From the NCBI GenBank assembly GCA_037445245.1, contig JBBIKU010000001.1, positions 6,104 to 70,103 on the forward strand: 64,000 nucleotides of DNA, read 5' to 3'. Shown here one piece after another: positions 37,050 through 45,302 of the stretch. Under the pieces are notes generated by a model. It worked only from the letters and a program-made list of their open reading frames with translations. It was not told the origin of the DNA and made no database searches. The position numbers and the translations under genes were made by a program. Within the stretch, counting starts at the first letter, position 1. The number at the start of each line of letters is the position of its first letter. The DNA comes from Anaerolineaceae bacterium. Lineage in GTDB: Bacteria; Chloroflexota; Anaerolineae; Anaerolineales; Anaerolineaceae.

Positions 37050-38290
37050 GTGATGCCTCACCAAAAGCAAGCCGTGGATATAATTAACGCAAACCCAACT
37101 GCCACAGAACATATCGCCACCGTCATGCGTAAAGTCTTTACACTGTTCCTGATCGTGATTGTCCTCATTGCCCGCCTTTTGCCGGGAGCGCTCACCATCG
37201 ACGATGCCTTCATTACCTACCGCTACGCTCAAAATCTGCTCGCCAGCAATGGCTTCACCTACAATGTCGGTGAACGTGTGCTGGTCACCACCACCCCACT
37301 GTATACTCTGCTCATAGCAAGCGTAGCGGCACTGAGCGGTGGGACACAGGCGCCTTTCCCAAAGCTTGCTGTGGGAATCAACGCCACTGCCGACTCGCTC
37401 TCCTGTCTCTTGCTGTGGCAAACTGGGCGATGATTAAATGCCGAACGTACCGGCGTGGCAGCAGCGCTGGTTTGGTCAGTGTCGCCGTTTAGCGTCACCT
37501 TTGCCATCGATGGATTAGAAACCAGCTTGGTGGTGCTATTGCTGACAGCGGTAGCATACTTTTATCTCACCCGGCGATTCACTCCAATGGCGCTGTGCGC
37601 CGGTTTATCACTGCTGACACGTCCCGACACGCTTTTGCTGGTCGCACCACTAGCTTTGGGGCGATTGGTGCAAGTTGCACGCGCCCGCCAACTGCTAAAG
37701 TGGACAGAATGACTGATATTTCTCGCTCCGCCAGCGGCATGGGCAACCTTCGCCGCGTTTTACTTTGGCAGCCCTTTTCCGCAGACGGTACAGGCAAAGC
37801 TTACTGTTTACCTGCTAGATGGCAACGCTATCGCCTTGCCCTGCCTAACCCCCTGATCTTTCGCTGTTACCTGACCCCTCCCTTGCCAGCTTACTTCCTA
37901 TTTCTGCTGATAGGCGCCGATCACATCTTGCAGTAAGTGTTCAAGCAGGGGACAAGAACAGCACCGACCACCTGGCGCCGGCTAGCGCCTGCCACACTAG
38001 TAGGAGTGTTGCCGCTGGCGTCCGCACTCAACGGTTGGACGCTACGCCCCGATCACGGCGCACAACGCCCTACCCCTGAAATGGCGTATATACAACTGGA
38101 ATTACTCTACCGCCAGGCTGCCGCGCTGTTGCAAATTCCAGTTGCCGAAAAGCAGCCCCTTCTGGCAATCGAAAATGCCTTATTGCTTATGCAGGTAGTA
38201 CGCCGACTCTACTGGCGAGAGATGGCAGTGCTGTCGCGATTACAAAAAGTTAATGAAGAACAGGCGCAGCGCGCTACCAGGCTAAATTAG
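37050..38290 (+). pseudogene. GT-C-like polytopic membrane (glycosyl)transferase, disrupted by in-frame stops and a frameshift
   Basis: The N-terminus ...LTIDDAFITYRYAQNLLASNGFTYNVGERVLVTTTPLY is typical of a membrane-glycosyltransferase-like family. There are in-frame TGA at 37431-37433 and 37710-37712, a frame 3 to frame 2 shift about 37815-37850, and an in-frame TAA at 37934-37936. Total length is about 413 codons. Confidence 0.6.
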
Positions 38291-39186
38291 TCCCCCCTCT
38301 CCTGCCGTTTCGGGTCGTCGAATTCCGGCAGATACCAGTCATCTTCGCTAATATTGAATGCTGCCTGATCTTCAGGCGTCAGGGGATCATCCATGCGTAC
38401 CTGCAGGCTGATGCCGGCGGTGCGCACGCCATTTGGCGTCATCATACGCCGCACGCGGTAGCGGATGAAATATTTGCGCACCAGATCCTGATTCAATACA
38501 TCTTTCACGGTTCGCAAACTGACGGCAGCCCGTCGCGCTAACTCAGACATATCCGTCTCAATCACGTTGCGCAGATCGCCTGTCAGTGGATTCCAGTAAC
38601 ACATCGAACGTGCCGCCAAGATAGCCGTCGCGGCAGAATGTCCCAGCAAGGGCAACCACTGATAAAAGAAATACAGCGTTACAAACATGCCGCGTTCCGG
38701 CTGGATGACGCCGGCGCGTTCACTTCCATAGGCTCGCTGCAGCATAACCTTCCGGCTGGGCTGTAGTGATTTCGAAGGAGCACGCTTTTTGTTTTCGCTG
38801 GCGGGCGATTCCGCTACCGGAAATAAATCCGTCACCGCCTCAGCCAAACCGACCCCCGAATCAAAAAAAGCGTTCGCCACCCGCAATTCCAGATTCACTG
38901 GTTGGTTGTACAAGCCCTCCAGCAACCGCGTGATACGACTGCCCAAACGGTTCTCAACCCACTCCCGGGCATAAGGGTTTGCCGCGCTCAGAACAAAGGA
39001 GCCATTTTCATATGTGAGTGGGCGCAACGGCTGCACCCACGTTTCGTATAGCGCCCGAGACATCTCCATCCGCAACTGACTGACAACCATTTCCCACGCC
39101 TCCTGGCACCCGGTTACTTTTGTTCTGGTCAGTTGCGTTTCAACAAATTGGTCCATTTCCAACTTTCTGGTCTCCGTCCAAGGCAA
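38287..39186 (-). CDS. Putative replication-initiator-like protein (DnaA domain-I-like N-terminus plus RepA_N/DnaD-like wHTH)
   Basis: 299 aa. The N-terminus is ...CQEAWEMVVSQLRMEMSRALYETWVQPLRPLTYENGSFVLSAANPYAREWVENRLGSRITRLL (DnaA_N pattern). The C-half is ...LGHSAATAILAARSMCYWNPLTGDLRNVIETDMSELARRAAVSLRTVKDVL. Start is TTG 39186, or alternatively ATG 39156. Confidence 0.5.
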   Translation of the reverse strand: MPWTETRKLEMDQFVETQLTRTKVTGCQEAWEMVVSQLRMEMSRALYETWVQPLRPLTYENGSFVLSAANPYAREWVENRLGSRITRLLEGLYNQPVNLELRVANAFFDSGVGLAEAVTDLFPVAESPASENKKRAPSKSLQPSRKVMLQRAYGSERAGVIQPERGMFVTLYFFYQWLPLLGHSAATAILAARSMCYWNPLTGDLRNVIETDMSELARRAAVSLRTVKDVLNQDLVRKYFIRYRVRRMMTPNGVRTAGISLQVRMDDPLTPEDQAAFNISEDDWYLPEFDDPKRQERGD

Positions 39187-39270
39187 TGCCTGTGAAGATC
39201 TTCTTACAGTTTTTACACCAATATTATTTCTTCCATTAATTCTTGTGTTATACGGAAGAAATTATTATTC

Positions 39271-39594
39271 TCAACCAATCATCTTTTCTACCAGATCTGC
39301 CAGGGTTGAGACGTTAGCTTTTTCACCCAAGCGGCTATGTCGCGCAGAGCAGATGCGCGTCATAATGCCAACCGTTTCGCCCAACGAGACCTTGCGGTGC
39401 ATCAGGGCGGATAAACGACCCTGCCAGGCGTCCAATTCCTGAGTTTCACCCTGAGAAAGAGTCAGCCCAATTTTTCGACGGGGAATGATCGCTGGCGGAC
39501 GACCCGGTGGTCGGCTTTTTACTTCCGATCCAGTCCGGCGCGCTTCATAAAGTTGAACCCAGGCGGATTTGTTCGAAACCGGCTTTGGCGTCAT
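39271..39594 (-). CDS. Hypothetical 107-aa protein
   Basis: Its ATG overlaps the upstream ATPase stop (ATGA at 39591-39594). It has a basic N-terminus (RPPGRPPAIIPRRK). No family recognised. Confidence 0.5.
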   Translation of the reverse strand: MTPKPVSNKSAWVQLYEARRTGSEVKSRPPGRPPAIIPRRKIGLTLSQGETQELDAWQGRLSALMHRKVSLGETVGIMTRICSARHSRLGEKANVSTLADLVEKMIG

Positions 39595-40415
39595 TGCTTT
39601 ACGATCTCCTGTAGATGGGCTAAGGTGATAACAGTATCATCAGATTGCAGTAAAAAGTCGGTTGCCAGCGCACATAGGCGGATAATCTCGCGCGGCACCC
39701 CACCTGAACGTTCATAAAGCAATTCAAAAGCATCATCGTTGATAAGCGGCTCACTGCGCCCTGAAACCCGCAAGCGAAAAACGACCATCTGCAACGCACT
39801 TGCCAGGGTGAGCGGCGGCAAAGCCAGTCGCACAAAGACGCGGGCATTTACTGCTTTGTTGGGTTCAAAAAGGGCAGTCATCTCGGTCTGTCCAAACACC
39901 AAAATCTGCACCACCTTGGCATCATAATCAAAGTTGTACAGCCGGTGAATGACTTCAAGTGCCTCACTATCCATGAGTTGCGCATCGTCCAGCAGCACGA
40001 CTACATTTTGCCCAGCGGTGAAAGCACCCGCCATCATGCGCTCCATTTCATCCATCTGGCGTTGGAAGCTACGTTGAGGTGGAACGCCCAAGGCAGTGGA
40101 TATTTGACGGGCGGCATCCATAGCCGATTTGAAGGCAGCGGTGTGAATATAGCAGATCACCACACCTTCTTCAGAGGCATACACATCGTAAAGGCGGCGT
40201 GCAAGCGAACTTTTGCCCATGCCCATATCACCGGTGATCAACGCCAACCCGCGCCGGCGCGAGATAACGCCCTGCGCCTGGCGATACACTGCCAGGTGTT
40301 CCGGACCCAAATACAGGTAACGGGGGTCAGCAGACAGCTTGAAGGGATCTTCCTTCAAGCCGAGTTGTTCCAGGCGCGCTAGGCGCCACTCCTCGTCGCT
40401 TAATGGGTCTACCAT
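39591..40415 (-). CDS. AAA+ ATPase, ExeA/AAA_22-like
   Basis: Walker A ITGDMGMGKSSLARRL and Walker B VVVLLDDAQLM. ATG 40415 with GGAGG 10 nt upstream is preferred over GTG 40439. Confidence 0.75.
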   Translation of the reverse strand: MVDPLSDEEWRLARLEQLGLKEDPFKLSADPRYLYLGPEHLAVYRQAQGVISRRRGLALITGDMGMGKSSLARRLYDVYASEEGVVICYIHTAAFKSAMDAARQISTALGVPPQRSFQRQMDEMERMMAGAFTAGQNVVVLLDDAQLMDSEALEVIHRLYNFDYDAKVVQILVFGQTEMTALFEPNKAVNARVFVRLALPPLTLASALQMVVFRLRVSGRSEPLINDDAFELLYERSGGVPREIIRLCALATDFLLQSDDTVITLAHLQEIVKQ

Positions 40416-40620
40416 AGCTCGTCTTCCTCCATCACCCACTTATTATGGCACTAATTGAGCGGTTTTTCAATAGATTTAGCTTAAATTAAGTCTAACACCC
40501 TATAATTTAGCGCAAATATATTGTATTGGATTAGGTTTTATGCTAAGATAGAAACTGGCCATTAAGCCTTTCGAAATTACCGGCAACAGCAGGACATGAC
40601 CGCATCTCAGGGAGAGACGC

Positions 40621-41454
40621 ATGGCTGTTACCATCACGATAGCAAACGAGAAAGGCGGGGTCGGTAAAACGACCACCGCCGTCAACTTGGCGGCCGGACT
40701 GGCGTTGCGCCTGGCAGCGCATCCCGGTGCTGAGGGGCGGATTTTACTGGTGGATCTTGACCCGCAAGGGCACGCTTTGCTGGCAATCGGATTCGGGCAG
40801 CACACAGCCCCCCCCCGAGATTCGCTCTCAGCACTGCTGGTCGAATCGCCACCGCCGGCGATACAACGGATGTTGCGCCGCAGCATTCAACACCCCAACT
40901 TGTTCTTCATCCCGACCAATCGATCTGCTATGCTGGAAGCAGCACGCCTGTTGCCAACCTTGATGGCAAACGAGAGCCGTTTGGCGCGCGCCCTGTCTCC
41001 TATCCAATCCGAGTTCGCCTATATTATCATCGACACCCCGCCCGCTGCTGGAAATCTTTTGTTCAACGCCGGGGTTCTTTCTAACTATGTCGTCGTCCCT
41101 GTTGAGACCAGCTACTTGGGTGTATCGGGGTTGATTGAGTTACAACGGACGATCGAAGATTTGCGCATGCATTTTGATAACAACCTCGAAATTTTGGGGT
41201 ATCTGCCCACGCTGTGCGATGAACAGCGTAGTGAAACGCAAGAAATATTGGCTGAGCTAGAAAAGCGTTACCGCGATAAACTTCTGCCTACCATCCACAA
41301 ATCGGCTGATTTAGCGTACGCTCACTCCAGTCACATGGATGTTTTCACCTATCGCCCGCCGCGCATTCGCAGTCCTCAGCAAATCGCATCTAGCTCACGC
41401 GCCACTCAGGAATACGCCCAACTGGTTGACATCGTGTTGGAGAGAACCCGATAG
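40621..41454 (+). CDS. parA: ParA/Soj-family partition ATPase
   Basis: 277 aa with the deviant Walker A NEKGGVGKTTTAVNLA, IIIDTPP, and RBS GGGAGAG. Confidence 0.9.
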   Translation: MAVTITIANEKGGVGKTTTAVNLAAGLALRLAAHPGAEGRILLVDLDPQGHALLAIGFGQHTAPPRDSLSALLVESPPPAIQRMLRRSIQHPNLFFIPTNRSAMLEAARLLPTLMANESRLARALSPIQSEFAYIIIDTPPAAGNLLFNAGVLSNYVVVPVETSYLGVSGLIELQRTIEDLRMHFDNNLEILGYLPTLCDEQRSETQEILAELEKRYRDKLLPTIHKSADLAYAHSSHMDVFTYRPPRIRSPQQIASSSRATQEYAQLVDIVLERTR

Positions 41455-41487
41455 TCTTCACATAAAAGAGTGATTGGGAGAATTGCA

Positions 41488-42642
41488 ATGCCCCCCAGCA
41501 AGCGCAAGCGACATAGTGCATTTGAAGATTTTTCTGTCGACGATACGGGTGCCCGTGTCTCAACCGGCGAGCCGCCTCATCCTCTACCAGGGAGGGTGAG
41601 TAGCGAGAGCGAGGAAAGCATCCAACGCATCGAGGCATTGAAACCCACTCAGATGATTCCCGATCGCTTCCAACCAAGGCGACTATTGCCTTCAGCAATT
41701 CGGGCAGCTTTCTTTTCTGGTAAACTGAACTGCTATCAGGCTGCTGCCGAATGGCTATCACTTGCCAAACAGGACGCCGGCTATCAAAGCGAGGTGGAGC
41801 GGCTACTGGCAATGGGCAACTCCTTTGAGGAGCACGGACAGATCAAACCCATCACCGGCAGCTGGGTGCCCGCCGCGGACGGACGCTATGTCTTTTTAAT
41901 CGAAACTGGCGAACGTCGCTATTGGGCAGCTTGTCTGCGTTTTGTCGCCGAACAGTCTACCGAAGAGCCACTGCTGCGAATCGAGGCGGTGCAAAAGCCC
42001 ACCCGCCAGCGACAGGTGATTGAAAATCGTCACGCTGAGCCGCCTTCTGCTGTTTCACAGGCGTGCGAGATATCTGCCCTGATCTTAAGCGAGATGAACG
42101 TAAATCCAGACACAACCCAACAAGATGAGTACGAGTATTTCAGACAAGCGCGTTCACAGCGTATGCCCGCCGGTTTGTGGGAGCGCATCACCCCCATCAT
42201 GCAACTCACCCGCCCGCGCATGGTGCAACTGCTAAACATCTTGCAGCTTCCCTCACCACTGCTCGATCTCGCCGATCGTTATCGCCTGAGCGAACGCGTG
42301 CTGCGCGAAATCCTGTTGCTGCCACAAAATCAGTGGGAGCGCTTACTGCGATTGAGTATTCAGAACAACCTCTCGTCCGACGACATTGGAGAGGTCGCGT
42401 CTGTCCAAGTTGATGCCGAAAAAAGCTGGAGACGGATTCCGGCTTCCTCTCCTCCACAAAAAACAGCCCTGAGCGGATTGCGCCGTTTCGCCAATGCTCT
42501 GATCGAACTGGACGAAGTCAGTCAGTCGCAGGCGCTGGATGAGCTTGCGGATACATTGGTGGCAAACCACCAGGCTGAAGATTATCTTAACCTGATGGGG
42601 GAGCTTGCCCGCCTAATACGGGCTCGTCTCGCACGACGGTAA
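41488..42642 (+). CDS. ParB/Srx-fold partition-like protein (divergent, long)
   Basis: The ParB N-terminal domain has IEALKPTQMIPDRFQPRR and the arginine-patch-like ETGERRYWAA. ATG 41488 with GGGAG 7 nt upstream is preferred over GTG 41470. Confidence 0.7.
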   Translation: MPPSKRKRHSAFEDFSVDDTGARVSTGEPPHPLPGRVSSESEESIQRIEALKPTQMIPDRFQPRRLLPSAIRAAFFSGKLNCYQAAAEWLSLAKQDAGYQSEVERLLAMGNSFEEHGQIKPITGSWVPAADGRYVFLIETGERRYWAACLRFVAEQSTEEPLLRIEAVQKPTRQRQVIENRHAEPPSAVSQACEISALILSEMNVNPDTTQQDEYEYFRQARSQRMPAGLWERITPIMQLTRPRMVQLLNILQLPSPLLDLADRYRLSERVLREILLLPQNQWERLLRLSIQNNLSSDDIGEVASVQVDAEKSWRRIPASSPPQKTALSGLRRFANALIELDEVSQSQALDELADTLVANHQAEDYLNLMGELARLIRARLARR

Positions 42643-42666
42643 AAGTGTAACCGCGGTTACACTTTT
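42641..42666. repeat. 26-bp perfect palindrome overlapping the parB-like stop codon (terminator and/or centromere-like site)
   Basis: AAAAGTGTAACCG|CGGTTACACTTTT. It starts inside the TAA at 42640-42642 and ends in a T-run. Confidence 0.6.
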
Positions 42667-43403
42667 GAGCGCTTTCCTGCATAAAATCTCGTATCTCCGA
42701 TTCTTTACGTGATATCCTTTCCAAAACATGCTCTTTTCGAGAAAGTCTATTTCTATTCAAAATGATTATAGGGTGACCAATTTATTCCTATCCTGCGCTG
42801 CACAATGAAAGCAAATATCCTGGTCCAGCGCCAAGCTTTCGTGGATGATCTGTATTGGGTCACACATCAAAAACATTGTCCTGTTCTCAAACTGTCTTCA
42901 AAATTTTGCCCAACAAGATAATATAGTCCCATAGTATTCACGTCAAAACTCGGTTATTCCACCGTCAGAGATGACGTGAGTTCTATATGTGCGAAAAGAA
43001 CTGGTATCGCCACGAACTGCAAAAGATTTGTCTCCTTCCCTTCAACCAATTTATAAAGATTTTGCCAAAACGAAGCTGCTGCAGTCAATCTAAATCGCGC
43101 TTCAAAGACCGGTACGATTCTTATAAGTTCATTGTGAAGGTGGGATAGGACTTTCTCTCTAAGTATCCATTATACGGTCTGTACTATGCTTGGAATCAAT
43201 CTTGGTTTACTCTTTAGCTAATTGCGTAATTCGGTCCAATCGTACGCATTAAACGGTTTAAGCCGCACAGCAAAGAGAGAAAAACACTGGTCAGGTAATT
43301 GTACATCAGGTGTGCGGCATGCTACGAATGGACCGCAACTTTAGTATAAGGACAAGCAGTTTGTAGATAAAACAGTATAGTAAGAGTCGTATTAATGAAT
43401 CAC

Positions 43404-43520
43404 GTGCAATTTTTGCACGCTGACGAAAGGCAGTTTTTGCACTTCCCCGGAAGGCAAACATTGCATCCAGGCAGTCCAGGGGGCAATGATTGCACTCCGC
43501 CCAAAGTGCGAAATTCGCAT
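43404..43520. repeat. Iteron-like array of five 15-bp sites (consensus rGGCAa-N4-TTGCAy)
   Basis: GTGCAATTTTTGCAC (43404-18, itself a palindrome), AGGCAGTTTTTGCAC (43428-42), AGGCAAACATTGCAT (43452-66), GGGCAATGATTGCAC (43481-95), GTGCGAAATTCGCAT (43506-20). Right ends are spaced 24, 24, 29 and 25 bp. Extra half-sites GGCAGTCC (43470) and GGCAAACC (43524). Confidence 0.6.
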
Positions 43521-43817
43521 TATGGCAAACCTGTGTGTTTTTATTAAGATTGAACAATCCTTGTACTAATAATTTCGAAAGAATTTTGTAACCTTTGCCA
43601 TTAGTGACTTTCGCTCCGGAGGAGAGAGGCTAAAGACCTAGAAGCTGTTGCAAGGGTAGACTTTCCGCCGATGCTCTCGGCAGTCTCCTTTAACTGCGCA
43701 TAGCCGTTTTCATGATCGTAGCCATAACCATTTATATTATTGAAGTTGGAATCCCGCTTTGCCCGCTCAATTGCGTTTCGAACGCAAATAAGGTATGATG
43801 AGCCTGTTTAAAGGAGA

Positions 43818-44771
43818 GTGGATGTGTCCATTTATTCGTGCTCAAACAGAGCCAGATTGCTCCGGCTTATTGTCATCGGCTTTGCGTTAGTGCTGGCTTC
43901 GTGCAACGGAACAGGATTCTCCTTTGAATTGCCTGCAGCTAGCGTGAGTGGGAGCGAGCACGTGGGCGCACCGATACAATCGGTAGAAACTGCCACTCCG
44001 TTTTTGCCCTTGCCAACAGAAACGCTGATGCCTGGTCCAACCCCAACCATCACCGCTTTGCCTACACCTACATCTCAGCCGACCGCTACGTGGGTATATA
44101 ACCCGCCCGGAACAGTCACTGCACCGATCTTGCTTTACCATCACGTTGGTGTTGATTCCAATAACAGCCGCTACTATGTATCCCCCCCTGCCTTCGCACA
44201 GCAGATGGATTGGCTGCACCTTAACGGCTACACCGCTGTCACTATTTCAACTGTGGTGAACGCGCTCGTTGATGGCGGCGACCTACCTCCCAAACCAGTG
44301 GCGATTACTTTCGATGATGGCAACCAAAGTATTTACACCCATGCCTTTCCCGTCATGCAAAACTATGGCTTTGTTGGCACGATATATCTAGTAGCGAACC
44401 GCCTGGATCGCAGCAAGTTTTTAAACCGCGAACAGATAAGAGAAATGCTGGAAGCTGGTTGGGAAATCGGCAGCCATAGCATGACCCATGCTGACCTGAC
44501 GATCGACGCCGCTATGTTGCGCAGTGAAGTCTGGGAATCGGGAGAAATCCTCTCAAAAGCGCTTGAAGCGCCGGTAAAAACTTTTGCTTATCCATTTGGT
44601 GCAATCAACCCCTTTGTGGTCGAGCGCACCAGACGTTATGGTTATCGAGCGGCGGTCGGCTTGGGAACTTCTTTCAGCCATGATCTGGGGGATCTGTTCT
44701 ATCTCAACCGCATTGAGGTCCGTAACGGATACGACCTCAATCGTTTCATTGGGTTCATGCCTTGGCAGTAA
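43818..44771 (+). CDS. Polysaccharide deacetylase (CE4) family lipoprotein/secreted protein
   Basis: 317 aa with signal/lipobox LVLASC, ILLYHHV, VAITFDDGNQS, and GSHSMTHADL. Confidence 0.85.
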   Translation: MDVSIYSCSNRARLLRLIVIGFALVLASCNGTGFSFELPAASVSGSEHVGAPIQSVETATPFLPLPTETLMPGPTPTITALPTPTSQPTATWVYNPPGTVTAPILLYHHVGVDSNNSRYYVSPPAFAQQMDWLHLNGYTAVTISTVVNALVDGGDLPPKPVAITFDDGNQSIYTHAFPVMQNYGFVGTIYLVANRLDRSKFLNREQIREMLEAGWEIGSHSMTHADLTIDAAMLRSEVWESGEILSKALEAPVKTFAYPFGAINPFVVERTRRYGYRAAVGLGTSFSHDLGDLFYLNRIEVRNGYDLNRFIGFMPWQ

Positions 44772-45050
44772 GACAAAAAACAAAGCATTTCTCGCGGAGG
44801 CGAGTACAACCATATCCGCTATCATTACTGCCATTCCTGCTGGATGCATGTTGTTTATCACCAGTAGGTGGGCGAACACGCCTATCGGGAGGACTGATGT
44901 TATGTTATCTCGATCTTTGAAATGCGATTTCCAAGGCAGGATTTACTAACAGCGCCATTCGCCTTTCCCCACGGGGAACAGCGCGGCTGACTAAAACGCC
45001 AAAAGGACAATTAAGAAAACTCTTTATCCTTAAATCTCTAAGGAGACGCA

Positions 45051-45299
45051 GTGATCGACGATGTGATAGCAACACTGGCGACGCAGGTTGCCGCTGAAAT
45101 TATCAAACGACCGGACAGATCAGTCTTGCCCGACGAGCCGCTCATCTCCAGTGGACTGATTGACTCTTTTCACTTAGTTGATCTTGCGCTCTTCGTTGAA
45201 GATACTTTCGGGGTTCGCATCGACGACACCGAATTGAACGCTGACACCTTCGACACGCTTGCCCAGCTGGCTGAAATCATCAAAGAACGGCGCTCCTGA
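45051..45299 (+). CDS. Acyl/D-alanyl-type carrier protein
   Basis: 82 aa with the phosphopantetheine-Ser context SGLIDSFHLVDLALFVE. GTG start after AAGGAG. Confidence 0.75.
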   Translation: MIDDVIATLATQVAAEIIKRPDRSVLPDEPLISSGLIDSFHLVDLALFVEDTFGVRIDDTELNADTFDTLAQLAEIIKERRS

Positions 45300-45302
45300 A
45301 TC

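Noticed and set aside
43306-43557. 83-aa minus-strand ORF in the AT-rich gap.
   Set aside because: It is composed largely of the iteron repeats read as codons. It has no RBS and no similarity I recognise.
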